The notes under the pieces were generated by a model. The model was not told the origin of the DNA, made no database searches, and saw nothing but the letters and a program-made list of their open reading frames with translations. Below, piece after piece: positions 1 through 10,599 of a stretch of 64,000 nucleotides of DNA. Numbering within the stretch: position 1 is the stretch's first letter; each line of letters opens with the position of its first letter. The stretch is from Chloroflexota bacterium (lineage in GTDB: Bacteria; Chloroflexota; UBA11872; VXOZ01), in assembly GCA_965221905.1 (NCBI GenBank), contig OZ244922.1:256001-320000 (forward strand), read 5' to 3'. A program made the translations under genes and the position numbers.

Positions 1-214
1 GGAGAGGGGATGATTCTGCTACCCAAAGTGTATACTATGGCTTCCCAGACCCGGAATCCAAAGTCTTTGGCCGCATGAGGATTTCGCAGAGCCGGGGACG
101 AGGCACCGGGAAACGCACGGCGTATGCGCTTGCGGAGTGCGCGCTAATAATGGTGATGAGATCCGACAGACGGATGCGCCCGATGCCATCATTCCTAACC
201 GTGTGCACAAGCCC

Positions 215-442
215 GTCACTTCCGCGAAAGCGGAAATCCATCTTCTATGCGCCGCGTGATTTGCGTCCGGGTCCGGAGCGGGGGAGAAGCCCCCGCGCTA
301 CAGATGCGGAGTAGGCATTTTGGGGTGGCGTGAATGCCAAGAATCACGTGTATCCAATGCCGTCATTCCCGCACAAGCGGGAATCCATCTTCGTGCGCAG
401 CGTCGGTCGCGCCCAGAGCGGGGGACAAGCCCCCGCGCTACA
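215..442. repeat. Cluster of REP-like palindromes: two CGTCATTCCCGCNNAAGCGGGAATCCA-type and two GAGCGGGGGACAAGCCCCCGCGCTAC-type copies
   Basis: Copies at about 215-241, 276-301, 361-388 and 416-441 alternate A-C-A-C; both motifs recur across the window. Confidence 0.85.
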
Positions 443-510
443 GTGAGAAGAGAACGACTACCCGCGCCGCCAATTATAGCGGTTTCAAGTCTACCGAATT
501 GTTGTGCTTG

Positions 511-1482
511 TTACGCGCACACCGGATGATCGGCGGACCAGCGGTTGAAGTTCTCGGTAGAGGAGGCGGCCAGTTTAGGGCGGGCATCATCCCACATTTG
601 GGTCCACGTTGTGGAATCGCGGAGTTCCGACTCAGGATTGGCGCGGCTGCGGGCCGCGAACCCGGGGAAGACTGGGCGACCGGTGGGTTGACCGATCGGC
701 TGGTAGCGCAGGTCGAAGCTCCAGCGCACCTCGTCCTGGGTCTTATTGTCGTAAGAGCAGTGCATGGTCTTGCTGTGCATGAGCAGAATGCTTCCCGCCT
801 GCATGGGCAGCGGCACGGCGTTCGCAATGTCCACAAGCTTTTCCGGTATCCAGACGCCGCCGACGCCCGGGCAGTGTACTGCGAGTTCATCCTCCCGGTG
901 CGAGTAGGGCACGACGTACATGCAGCTATTCTCGATGGTGGCATCGTTCAAGGGCAGCCACACCGTCAGCATCTCGGTCTCGTCCGCCTCTTCCACCACC
1001 ACGCCGTTGTCTTGGTGCCAGGGCACGGCTACGGCGAGGTTAGAAGGATTCTTCACGTGGACGACGTGACGCGGCAGCTTCATGCGGACGTGCTGTACGG
1101 GGTTGGAGAGAATCTCAGGCCCGATAATGCTCTCCGCACAGTCTAGCAGACGAGAGTTCACGAGCAGATTGAAGACGGCCTCGCCCGTGTGCATTGGCGC
1201 ATCGGCTCCCTCGGCTTTCTGCGGCAGTGAGATGTCGAATGCCTGGGTGAAGATTTGGCCGCTCTCATCACATACTTGAATCAGGCGCTGCGCAAACGAC
1301 AGGTCGGCATACGTCGAGGAAAGGACACCCTCCGCGAAGAGATCGTGGGCGATGCCATCCAACACGTCGCCGTACTCCGCCATCACCGGCGCCAGGTCTT
1401 CCTCCGGGTCGAGAACGTCGTCTACGACCACGTACCCTTGGTCATCAAGATGATCGAGTTGCGCTTGCGTCAAGCCGGCCAT
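511..1482 (-). CDS. Phytanoyl-CoA dioxygenase (PhyH) family Fe(II)/2OG oxygenase
   Basis: GYVVV N-terminus, PWHQD (HxD), MHCS distal His, RWSFDLRY. Confidence 0.9.
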   Translation of the reverse strand: MAGLTQAQLDHLDDQGYVVVDDVLDPEEDLAPVMAEYGDVLDGIAHDLFAEGVLSSTYADLSFAQRLIQVCDESGQIFTQAFDISLPQKAEGADAPMHTGEAVFNLLVNSRLLDCAESIIGPEILSNPVQHVRMKLPRHVVHVKNPSNLAVAVPWHQDNGVVVEEADETEMLTVWLPLNDATIENSCMYVVPYSHREDELAVHCPGVGGVWIPEKLVDIANAVPLPMQAGSILLMHSKTMHCSYDNKTQDEVRWSFDLRYQPIGQPTGRPVFPGFAARSRANPESELRDSTTWTQMWDDARPKLAASSTENFNRWSADHPVCA

Positions 1483-1719
1483 TTCTTGCTGCTCCTAGTC
1501 TTGCACAGTGAACCGTATGAACTTGCGGTAGGTGCCAAATCCGTTGCTCTTCGCACTCTTCTATCTGTCTTGTACCAAAATAATACATCCAGAGCACTTT
1601 AGGCAAGCCCCCAAGTAACTGTTGGGAGCGGGGAACAAGCCCCCCGCGCCACGGGAAGTGAAGAAGCCTAGGCTCCAGCCACTCGGGGCGGCTTCGAGTC
1701 TCCCAAATCGTCAGGTCCG

Positions 1720-2688
1720 TTACGCGCAGACCGGATGGTCGGCAGACCAACGGTTGAAGTTCTTTCTTGAGGAATCGGCCAGTCTAGGGCGCACATCTTC
1801 CCAAAGCTGAGCCCACGTGTCGGCATCGCGCAGTTCCGAATCAGCATTGGCGCGGCTGCGGGCCACAAAATCAGGAAACAGCGGGCGACCGGTGGGTTGA
1901 CCGATAGGCTGGTAGCGTAGATCGAAACTCCAGCGCACCTCGTCCTGGGTTGTATTGTCGTAGGAGCAGTGCATGGTCCTGCGGTGCATGAAAAGCACGC
2001 TGCCGGCCTGCATGGGCAGCGGCACGGCATGCGCCAGGTCCACAAGCTTTTCCGGAATACTGAGGCCACCAACGCCCGGGCAATGTACGGCCATGTCGTC
2101 CCGGTGCGAGTAGGGCACCACGTTCATGCAGCTATTCTCGACGGTGGCGTCGTTCAAAGCCAGCCACACCGTGAGCATCTCGGTCTCGTCCGCCTCTTCC
2201 ACCACCACGCCGTTGTCCTGGTGCCAGGGCGTTGGTTGGGCGAGGCCGTTCCTCCCCTCCGTGTGCACCGCGCGGCGCGGTAACTTCATCCGCACGTGCT
2301 GTATCGGGTTGGAAAGGATTTCCGGGCCCATTATGCTCTCGACGCAATTGAGCAGGCGTGCGTTGATGAGCAGATTGAAGACGGCCGGGCCCGTGTGCAT
2401 GGGCGCGTCGGCGCGCTCGGCACTCTGCGGCAGCGAGATGTCGAAAGGCTGGGTGAAGAGCTGGCGGCTTTCGTCGCAGACTTGGATGAGCCGCTTGTCG
2501 AACGGCAGGTCGGCGTACGTCGAGGCGAGCACCCCTTCGGCGTAGAGATCGCGGGCGATGCCATCTAACACCTCGCCGTATTCCGCCATTACCGGCGCCA
2601 GGTCTTGTTGCGGATCGAGGACGTCTTTCACGACCACGTATCCTTGTTCATCAAGTTGATCGAGTTGCGCTTGCGTCAGGCTGGCCAT
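1720..2688 (-). CDS. PhyH family dioxygenase, tandem paralog of 511-1482
   Basis: Same motifs; co-linear and highly similar to 511-1482. Confidence 0.9.
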   Translation of the reverse strand: MASLTQAQLDQLDEQGYVVVKDVLDPQQDLAPVMAEYGEVLDGIARDLYAEGVLASTYADLPFDKRLIQVCDESRQLFTQPFDISLPQSAERADAPMHTGPAVFNLLINARLLNCVESIMGPEILSNPIQHVRMKLPRRAVHTEGRNGLAQPTPWHQDNGVVVEEADETEMLTVWLALNDATVENSCMNVVPYSHRDDMAVHCPGVGGLSIPEKLVDLAHAVPLPMQAGSVLFMHRRTMHCSYDNTTQDEVRWSFDLRYQPIGQPTGRPLFPDFVARSRANADSELRDADTWAQLWEDVRPRLADSSRKNFNRWSADHPVCA

Positions 2689-3331
2689 TGCCTAATTCCC
2701 CCTGCCTTCAAGATCGAACCGCTTGTATAAATGACTTCAATTGCTACCAAGACCGTGAGCCTTGGCACCTTCTGCCTATTTGCTCCCAAAGTAATACAAC
2801 CGGAGTACTTTAGGCAAGCCCCCAGTTGTCCGCGAAGACTGGGGTGCGCTCTCAGAACGCCCAAGACGCGGAGCCCCACACCCAACACGTTCTCTCTGCG
2901 TCCATTGGCTGCTCATTCCTATTCAGTGTGCTAGGACTTGTGATGCTATGCTCAAACTCTCTGCCGACCAGTGTCATGTCAAGTCATACGGAGTTTTGTC
3001 CTGTGCTTTGGCAAGGGGCTAAGCGCTGCCAATATATCCTGCCGGCTTTGCTGTGTAAGGAAGCCGCTGGCGCCGGTAATCCGGCGCAAGATACGAGAAC
3101 TGTAGAGCTCGGAACTGTATCGCTTGGCTGAGGAAGCAAGCATTGGCTGACTGTCCCTGGCCCGGGTGGACGCAGGTTCCAAACCTGCGCTACCAGGATG
3201 CGGTTGCCGCTAGACGCTCCCTCTGGTCCTAGCCCTAATGGCAAAGCGGCCGCCAGCGAAAGTACGAGACCCCCCCCCAGCCCAATGCCGTATTACAATA
3301 TTAGAAGAAGGGGAGGCACCGGAGAGTTGCC

Positions 3332-3775
3332 ATGCATTACTTGATCCAGCACCATACTCGCGCACTTTGCGGTCTGTTGATTATCTGGCTTCTCGTTGCG
3401 TGCGGCGGTGTTGGGGATACCCCGGCGGCCGAAGTGGAGCGTCAAGCTGGTATGGGTGCCGCAGCCGGCAAACCGGTCGACACCGAAGAGGCAGCGGTCG
3501 CCGCGGTGCATGCGCATCTGTTCCAGATCACTTCTTGTCGGACAGCGAGTGATCGCTTGGAGGCAGACTTTGCTGGAGGCAGCTTCGATGCGCGCTTGAC
3601 CTCGGCGTATTCGATCCGGTCGCAGAATCCGGTATGGGAGGTGGGTTTTGCGGGAGACCTCCACATTCCGTACGTCATCTGGTTTGTGGAACAGAGCGAC
3701 GGCACGGTGCTGGCAAGTATCAGCGCGGCGACCTACTACGAATCACCGCTCATTCACATGTGCCATCAAATCTGA
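3332..3775 (+). CDS. Hypothetical lipoprotein
   Basis: Hydrophobic signal ending LVAC (lipobox); GGAG upstream. Confidence 0.6.
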   Translation: MHYLIQHHTRALCGLLIIWLLVACGGVGDTPAAEVERQAGMGAAAGKPVDTEEAAVAAVHAHLFQITSCRTASDRLEADFAGGSFDARLTSAYSIRSQNPVWEVGFAGDLHIPYVIWFVEQSDGTVLASISAATYYESPLIHMCHQI

Positions 3776-4054
3776 GCGCCAATTGGCATGCTAGCCTCGT
3801 ACTCCTGGGTCCACGGGGAGAATCCCCCAATCGGGACAAAGCGCCCTTCGCCTGTACATGGGTTGGTGCGCTGCAACTGCGCAACTAACTTGGCAATCAT
3901 GAAAGAGTACACTTCTGCGATTGCCAGGACATCTTGGGCATAGGGAGCAATGCTTGGCAGCGCGATCAATCTATGTGCTGAGGGCAGACGAATACCGGGT
4001 AGGGTATGGTGAAAACACTCCGACCCAAGAGTAAGCACACGAGGTACCTATTTC

Positions 4055-4662
4055 ATGGAGAAACCGGCCAATACAGACCATCCAATTCATGATCTGATCC
4101 GGCGGCGCTGGAGTCCGCGGGCCTTTGCGGCGCGTCCGGTGGAGGCAGAGAAGCTCGCGAGCCTCTTCGAGGCTGCGCGCTGGGCGCCGTCATCCTTCAA
4201 TGGACAGCCCTGGCACTACATCGTTGCCACCAAAGACGATGAGGCGGCGTTCGCGCGGCTCCTGAATTGCTTGCGCCCCCAGAATATCCGGTGGGCGCAG
4301 CACGCGCCGGTGCTGATCATTGCGGTAGCGCAGCTATCCATGTCGCCGGAGCGCGGGCCCAACCGCCACGCTTTTCACGACGTGGGTCTGGCCAATGAGA
4401 ATCTCGTTCTCCAAGCGGTGGCGTTAGGGCTGGTTGCACACCAAATGGCCGGATTCTTTCCGGAGAAAGCACGCGAGACTTTCGGTATTCCGGCGGGCTA
4501 CGAAGCGCTCACCGCAATTGCGGTGGGTTATCCGGGTGATCCGGAGGAATTGAAGGAAGAGACGAAGGCACGGAACGCCAACCCCGCGAACGCAAGCCGC
4601 TTAGTGCCTTCGTGTTTTCCGATAGCTGGGGCCTGGGGTGGACGCCAGCGGGAGGCGAATAG
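4055..4662 (+). CDS. Nitroreductase family protein with an apparent 1-nt frameshift near 4572
   Basis: RRWSPRAF, ARWAPSSFNGQPW, AIAVGYPG; the family-like C-terminus RERKPLSAFVF continues in another frame to TAG at 4660-4662. Confidence 0.85.
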
Positions 4663-4946
4663 AATCCACACTTCAACCATCGAGGTGAAGAATGCGGTCC
4701 ACATCATATGCTGCAATCTCCGGTAGCGCAGGTTTGTAACCTGCGTAAATCGGATGAGTTCAGGGATAATTGCTTAGCCGCTGAGGCTAGATTCAACGTT
4801 TCAGCCTGAGCCTTGCTGGCACCAAGCACAATGGCTGTCCGCCCGTTCGTGTTGAGCACTTCGGCAGGCGCAGCGCAGGCTCTGTCGAACCACGTACGGC
4901 ATCGGCCGGACAGCACCGCATGTTTAAAAACCCTTGCGTTGACCAA

Positions 4947-6128
4947 TCAATGGTGGAACAGCCGCAGGTTGGCAAACGCCATGACCATACCGTAGTCGTT
5001 CGCTGCGTCGATCACCTCATCATCGCGATTGGAGCCGCCGGTCTGCACCACGTAGCGCACGCCGCTGCGCGAGGCGCGGTCGATGTTGTCGCGGAACGGG
5101 AAGAATGCATCCGAGCTCAGCGCAACGTCCTGCAACGTATCCAGCCACCGGCGCTTCTCCTTTGCCGCAAGACGGTCGGGCGGTGTAGTGAACGCCTGGA
5201 GCCAAGCCTGCGTTTCGGCTGGAGTGAGTTCCTCCAAGAGAAAGCGGTCGATAGCGTTGTTCCTCTCGGCGCGCGACAGTTTCGGTTGGAGGGCAAGCCC
5301 CAGCACGGTCGGATGCTGGCGGAGATACCAGAGGTCTGCCTTGGCAGCGGCGAGCCGCGTGCAGTGAATGCGCGACTGCTGTCCCGCGCCCAAGCCGATG
5401 ACCTGTCCGTCGCGAGCGAGGCAGACGGAGTTCGATTGGGTGTACTTCACTGCGAGTGTGGCCAACAGCAGGTCGCGTACCGCCGCAGCCGGCAACGCCG
5501 TCTCAGCGGTTACGATCTCTTGAAACAGTTCCGGGCCCGGTATGCGGTCATTGCGGCGCTGCTCGAACGTGATGCCGAAGACCTCGCGCCGTTCGAGCAT
5601 GGGCGGCGCGTAGTCCGGATCGATTTGGAGCACCAGGTAGCCGCCGCCCTTCTTGCGTCGGAGTATTTTGAGGGCCTCCGGTTCGTAGCCGGGAGCGATC
5701 ACGCCGTCGGATACCTCACGGCGGAGCAACTGCGCGGTCGGCACGTCCACCACGTCGCTGAGCGCGGCCATGTCGCCAAACGAAGAGATGCTATCGACGC
5801 CGCGCGCGCGCGCATAGGCCGTTGCAAGCGGCGTAAGCGCAATCTTGCCCACTGCATAGGCTTGGCGCAGGGGCTCACTGAGCGGTACACCCACGGCGGC
5901 GCCGGCCGGGCTGACGTGCTTGAACGAGGCAGCCGCCGGCAACTCCAGAGTGTCGCGGAGTTCTTTGACCAGTTGCCAAGCGTTGAGCGCATCCAGCAGG
6001 TTGATGTACCCGGGCGCGCCATTGAGCACGGTGAAGGGCAGGGGGTTGCTGCCTTCACCGCGCAATGCACGCGCCGGGGTCTGATGCGGGTTCACGCCGT
6101 ACCGTAGGGGTAGATCGTTGCTGCTCAT
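4947..6128 (-). CDS. purH: AICAR transformylase (PurH C-terminal domain only, no IMP cyclohydrolase)
   Basis: LRYGVNPHQ, SFKHVSPAGAA, KYTQSNSV, GAGQQSRIHC, SSDAFFPFRD, C-terminal RLFHH. Confidence 0.9.
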   Translation of the reverse strand: MSSNDLPLRYGVNPHQTPARALRGEGSNPLPFTVLNGAPGYINLLDALNAWQLVKELRDTLELPAAASFKHVSPAGAAVGVPLSEPLRQAYAVGKIALTPLATAYARARGVDSISSFGDMAALSDVVDVPTAQLLRREVSDGVIAPGYEPEALKILRRKKGGGYLVLQIDPDYAPPMLERREVFGITFEQRRNDRIPGPELFQEIVTAETALPAAAVRDLLLATLAVKYTQSNSVCLARDGQVIGLGAGQQSRIHCTRLAAAKADLWYLRQHPTVLGLALQPKLSRAERNNAIDRFLLEELTPAETQAWLQAFTTPPDRLAAKEKRRWLDTLQDVALSSDAFFPFRDNIDRASRSGVRYVVQTGGSNRDDEVIDAANDYGMVMAFANLRLFHH

Positions 6129-6289
6129 TGCGCTTTCGGTCCTTCCTCGGGAGCACTAGTCTTGGTTAATGCGCGCCTCAGGCTGGCGCGTTTTCCATCG
6201 TCCTCGCATGGCTATGCCAAGCTACTTTTTTCGTACACCGTTGCAGTTGATTGCCGCGTTTTCCTTCTTCGCGTCCCGGCTTGATTGAA

Positions 6290-9136
6290 TTATTGTAGGG
6301 TCAGGTTCAGTTGTTGTGTTGTAGTTTGGTTGCCCGCCTTGTCGAAAGCAACGACGAAAAGGGTGTGGTTGCCTGCGGCCCCACGTGGGTCCCACGAAAC
6401 CTCGAACGGTGGGCTGCGGCGCTGAGCAATCGGTTCGCCGTCGATGAAGAAGGCTACGGCGTCAAGCGCCCGGTCGTCGGTTGCGTTGGCTCTGATGAGT
6501 ATAGGACCGAGCGGGAACGTGCCGTCTTCCCGCGGCGAGATTAATTCTACGTGTGGGTCCACGTTATCGATCGTGACCGGCACGGTCACTGTCTGCTCCT
6601 GGCCGCTGGTATCTCTGGCAATCACGCGGATCGTGTAAATGCCATTGAAAGGCAGGGTGTCCCATGCCATCAGCACTTCGTTGACTACCGGGCTTGTCTG
6701 TGGCTCATTGATCTTCACCCAGCGCGTCGGTTCGAGACCTTCACCATACTCCACGCGGTACCAGGTGAGATTCGGAATGTTGACATTGCCTCTAATCTCC
6801 AAGAGGCGCCTCACGGGGCGATCCGGTTGCGGCCAGGAAATTGCCAGCGGCGCCACGGGTGCAGGTATATGCACCTCGGTCGGCGGTTGCGGTATTCCTT
6901 CCTGCTGGGCCCAGTCCTGTACATCCAGCGGCACCTCAAAGAATACTCTCTCTTCCACTTGGTCGCTTGGCGTTTGCGGTGAGGCGAGTTGTCCTGTTTC
7001 TCTATGAATCAACTTCGGTACGAAGAATGTGTCTTCTTCAGTCGGTTCTGTGCCGGAGATGAAGTACTCCAAGTACGTGCCGCCACAGTATGGAATAGCT
7101 TGGTAGCCGGATACCAGGGAGCAGAGGGTCGCCAGCGCTTCCTGATCGCGTGTTTCGTCGCAGTAGGGTGTTGCCACCATGCCGGTGGCGCGGCATATTT
7201 CTACCTGGACCAAGCCGGCCGGTCGCTCAAACTCCTCTTCCGGTAAGGACTTTAGGGCTTCCTTCATGAAGGCGTTCCATATCGGAGCCGCGCCGGAAAG
7301 ACCGGTCGTCTCCTTCATAGGGCGACCGTCTGAGTTCCCAACCCACACCCCGGTGACAAGGTTTGGCGTGTAGCCGAATGTCCAATTGTCTTTCGAATTG
7401 TCCGTGGTGCCGGTCTTGGCGGCTGCCGTTCTCTCGAGCCGTAGGTAACTTTCTTCGCCGAACAACGGAATGCGGGCTTCGTTATCCGAGAGGATGCTGG
7501 TGATCAGGAAAGATATTTGCGGGCTCAGTCGTTGGATGCCGTCTGGGATGTTATATTCGTACAGCATGTTGCCTGCGGAATCGGTCACTTTCAGGATGGC
7601 TTCAGGCGGGCGGTAGAGTCCGTTGGTGGCAAAAACACTATATGCGCTAGCTAATTCCAGAAGTTGCACTTCGGCGCCGCCGAGCACGACCGCCGGGCCG
7701 TAATAGGTCTCATCGGCAAATGATGTAATACCAAACCGCCGCGCCATGGCAATGCCGTTGTTCACTCCCACGTCCAGTACCACTTTCACCGCCGGAATAT
7801 TGTAGGAGTTTGCCAACGCCGCGCGCACCGGCGCCGGACCGTGAAACTTTTTGTCGTAGTTCTTGGGCGCGTAGACTGGGGATCCTGGAATTTCGAGAGT
7901 GAACGGCACGTCCCAGATCAAGGTTGCAGGCGTCCAGCCTTTTTCGAATGCCGCCGCGTAGAAGAGCGGTTTAATTGCCGATCCGGGCTGCCGCAGCGAC
8001 GTTGTGACGTTCACCTCGCCGTCGATGGACTGGTCGCCGTAGTCCACGCTGCCAAGCATGGCCAAGATTACGCCGGTCTTGGGGTCAAGGGCGATGAGGG
8101 CGGCATTGCTGGCATCGTGCGCGACGAGCCTTGTGATCTGCTCCCGCGCGACGCGTTCAGCCAAGCCCTGCAAGTCGAGATCGAGTGTCGTAGTGACGTG
8201 CAGGCCGCCACTGTAGAGTCGTTCGGCGCCGTACCGTTCCTCCAGCAGCTTGCGCACGTAGTGGACGAAGTGGGGCGCGAGCAGAGGTTGGCTGCGCTGA
8301 CTATATGCGGGCTCGTTAGCGTAGGTCTCCGCGGCTTGTGCCTCCGTAATGAAGCCGTTCTCGACCATTTGGTTCAGCACGTAGAGCTGTCGTTCGCGGG
8401 CGCCTTCCTTGTTTACGAACGGGTTTAGGGCGCTGGGAGCCTGCACGATGCCGGCGAGCATTGCGGCCTCCGCCAACGTTAGTTCTTGCGCCGGTTTATC
8501 GAAGTAGACGTTGGCTGCGGCCTCGATACCGTATGCCAGGTTGCCAAAGGCGATTAGGTTTAAATAGAGAGCGAGGGTCTCATCTTTACTGTATCGCTGC
8601 GAGATCCTGTAAGCCAGGATGATCTCCTTCAGCTTGCGCTCCACGTTGAAATCAGGTGTAAGAAAAACGGCACGTGCAAGTTGCTGCGTGATCGTGCTGC
8701 CGCCACCCGCGTAGCGGCCCGTCACCACGCCGAGCACGGCGCGGGCGATACCGCGCAGATCGAACCCCGGATTGGAGTAAAAGCCACGGTCTTCGGCGGC
8801 GATGATGGCCAGCTTCATTACGCTCGGAATCTCGTCGAAGGAGAGTATGGTGCGCTGCCCCTCCGTCGGATTGTTTATGGTGTAGAGCAGGACACCATTC
8901 CGATCGTAGATTTTGCTGCTCTCAGAAACAGGAAAGTCAAAGAGATCTTCTATATCGGGCAAGTCACTCGTGAGATACGTGTAGACGCCCCCGGTTACGG
9001 CGCCAACGGAAAGGGTGACGAAGAGTATAAGGCCAAGTAAGACCCCCGCTACAATGAGCAGGAATCTCGACGCGGAGGGCGCTTGTGTGCGCCGCCGGAG
9101 GCGCCTGCGCCGTCGTGCCGAATTCAGTGATGCCAA
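6290..9136 (-). CDS. Class A bifunctional penicillin-binding protein (PBP1A family) with C-terminal Ig-like domains
   Basis: N-terminal TM; GT motifs EDRGFY, GGSTITQQL, RKLKE; TP motifs SAIK, SYN, KTG. Confidence 0.92.
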   Translation of the reverse strand: MASLNSARRRRRLRRRTQAPSASRFLLIVAGVLLGLILFVTLSVGAVTGGVYTYLTSDLPDIEDLFDFPVSESSKIYDRNGVLLYTINNPTEGQRTILSFDEIPSVMKLAIIAAEDRGFYSNPGFDLRGIARAVLGVVTGRYAGGGSTITQQLARAVFLTPDFNVERKLKEIILAYRISQRYSKDETLALYLNLIAFGNLAYGIEAAANVYFDKPAQELTLAEAAMLAGIVQAPSALNPFVNKEGARERQLYVLNQMVENGFITEAQAAETYANEPAYSQRSQPLLAPHFVHYVRKLLEERYGAERLYSGGLHVTTTLDLDLQGLAERVAREQITRLVAHDASNAALIALDPKTGVILAMLGSVDYGDQSIDGEVNVTTSLRQPGSAIKPLFYAAAFEKGWTPATLIWDVPFTLEIPGSPVYAPKNYDKKFHGPAPVRAALANSYNIPAVKVVLDVGVNNGIAMARRFGITSFADETYYGPAVVLGGAEVQLLELASAYSVFATNGLYRPPEAILKVTDSAGNMLYEYNIPDGIQRLSPQISFLITSILSDNEARIPLFGEESYLRLERTAAAKTGTTDNSKDNWTFGYTPNLVTGVWVGNSDGRPMKETTGLSGAAPIWNAFMKEALKSLPEEEFERPAGLVQVEICRATGMVATPYCDETRDQEALATLCSLVSGYQAIPYCGGTYLEYFISGTEPTEEDTFFVPKLIHRETGQLASPQTPSDQVEERVFFEVPLDVQDWAQQEGIPQPPTEVHIPAPVAPLAISWPQPDRPVRRLLEIRGNVNIPNLTWYRVEYGEGLEPTRWVKINEPQTSPVVNEVLMAWDTLPFNGIYTIRVIARDTSGQEQTVTVPVTIDNVDPHVELISPREDGTFPLGPILIRANATDDRALDAVAFFIDGEPIAQRRSPPFEVSWDPRGAAGNHTLFVVAFDKAGNQTTTQQLNLTLQ

Positions 9137-9368
9137 GGCAACGAATCCTTAACGTGCGACTGCTCTACCAGTCTTTTGACTTTACCACCGAGCCCGCGCG
9201 CGCGTGATCGGAAAGGGGCGCAAAAATACGCGGAGCCTGTTAGCATCCGCGCATCTATGCACTTAGTTAGCGGCTTGAGGAGATTGGGTCTACGGGTGCG
9301 AGCACACCCACCGCACTACTGCCGTTCTGTCAGCCTTTGTGGTGGGTTCTATGCGACTTCAGCGTCAA

Positions 9369-10595
9369 CTAGCGCAACCAATAGTTCGGGTCTTTCGGGA
9401 CTTTATCCAACCGAATCTCGAAGTGGAGGTGAGGGCCGCTAGTGAAGCCGGTCATGCCGATGAAGCCGATGGTTTGACCTTTATACACGGAATCGCCCAC
9501 CTTCACCGGCAACGCTCGCGAATCGTCGAGGTGCGCGTAGACCGACGCTTCGCGCCAGCTATGTTGGACGATGACCATCATACCGTAGGAACTCCAGGGG
9601 TTGCCCGTAATGGCGTATTCAGCCTTGATGACCTGACCTGCCTGACTGGCGAGGACGGGCGACAGGCGACTGACCGCGTAATCTATGCCCGTGTGGAAGC
9701 TCTGCAACCACGTGCGCACGCCATAGGCGGCGCTGATGTACCCGCCTGCCGGGCGGAGCCAATCGTCCGGCGCCTCTTCCGGAAGCACTAATAACCCTGA
9801 TTGCAGACGTTTCTCCGTCGCTTCGATTTCGGCCTGAATGGCTAAATTCTCTGCTTCTCTGCGATTAATCTCTTCTTGCAGCGACGCGTTTTGCCAAGAT
9901 GCGTTCGCCGCGCGCTGCTCGGCGCTCGCGAGCAGATTCTCTCGCTCGGACTTGAGATTCACGAGCTGCAATTGTTGGTTTTCGCGCTGCACCCGCAACA
10001 GATCTATTTCCGCATGCTTTTGCACGAGTGCGGCGCGCTTGGTGTCCAACTCCGCTTTACGCTCCTGCGTGGCGCGAATGTGGCGGACGTCGTCACCCAA
10101 GATGCGCTGGAAGATGGTGATACGATTGAGCGCGTCCGAAAAGCTGGACGCAGTGAAAATGTACTCGAGAGGGGAGACACGGCTTAGCTTGTAGAGCGCC
10201 TGCAACCGGCCGCGGGCAATCTCCTGCTCATCCGTGAGAATGGCCTCTTGCAGGGTAATATCCTGTGTTAGGCTGTGGATTTCAACTTGGAGCCGGTCGA
10301 TCTGGAATTGTGTCGCATTGACTTCCTCTACCTTGGCATACAGCCTGTTTTCAACTTGCTGTAGATCGGCGGCGGCGGCGGAGTGCACCCGCTGAGTGCG
10401 CACCACTTCCTGCTGGGACTGCTCCTGCCTGCTCTTTAGCTGCTGCAGATTCTGTTCATTCTGCTGCAGCTCTTCTTCCAGATGTTCCAGGAAATCGCTG
10501 CCAAGGGAATTACCCGAATCCTCCGCGGCGAATATAGCTTTAGGGGCCGCTGCCAGCAAAGCAAGCAATGACCCAAGTACAGTCCGCCGTCGCAT
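9369..10595 (-). CDS. Coiled-coil + M23 metallopeptidase (EnvC/PcsB-like architecture)
   Basis: Signal MRRRTVLG, long coiled coil with ASSFSDAL, M23 motifs HTGID and HLH; downstream of ftsEX. Confidence 0.88.
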   Translation of the reverse strand: MRRRTVLGSLLALLAAAPKAIFAAEDSGNSLGSDFLEHLEEELQQNEQNLQQLKSRQEQSQQEVVRTQRVHSAAAADLQQVENRLYAKVEEVNATQFQIDRLQVEIHSLTQDITLQEAILTDEQEIARGRLQALYKLSRVSPLEYIFTASSFSDALNRITIFQRILGDDVRHIRATQERKAELDTKRAALVQKHAEIDLLRVQRENQQLQLVNLKSERENLLASAEQRAANASWQNASLQEEINRREAENLAIQAEIEATEKRLQSGLLVLPEEAPDDWLRPAGGYISAAYGVRTWLQSFHTGIDYAVSRLSPVLASQAGQVIKAEYAITGNPWSSYGMMVIVQHSWREASVYAHLDDSRALPVKVGDSVYKGQTIGFIGMTGFTSGPHLHFEIRLDKVPKDPNYWLR

Positions 10596-10599
10596 TAAT

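Noticed and set aside
6130-6289. ZTP (pfl) riboswitch upstream of the purH-like gene
   Set aside because: One GCCTG-containing hairpin is present, but the conserved 5' GACTGGCG/P1-P2 elements are not recognisable
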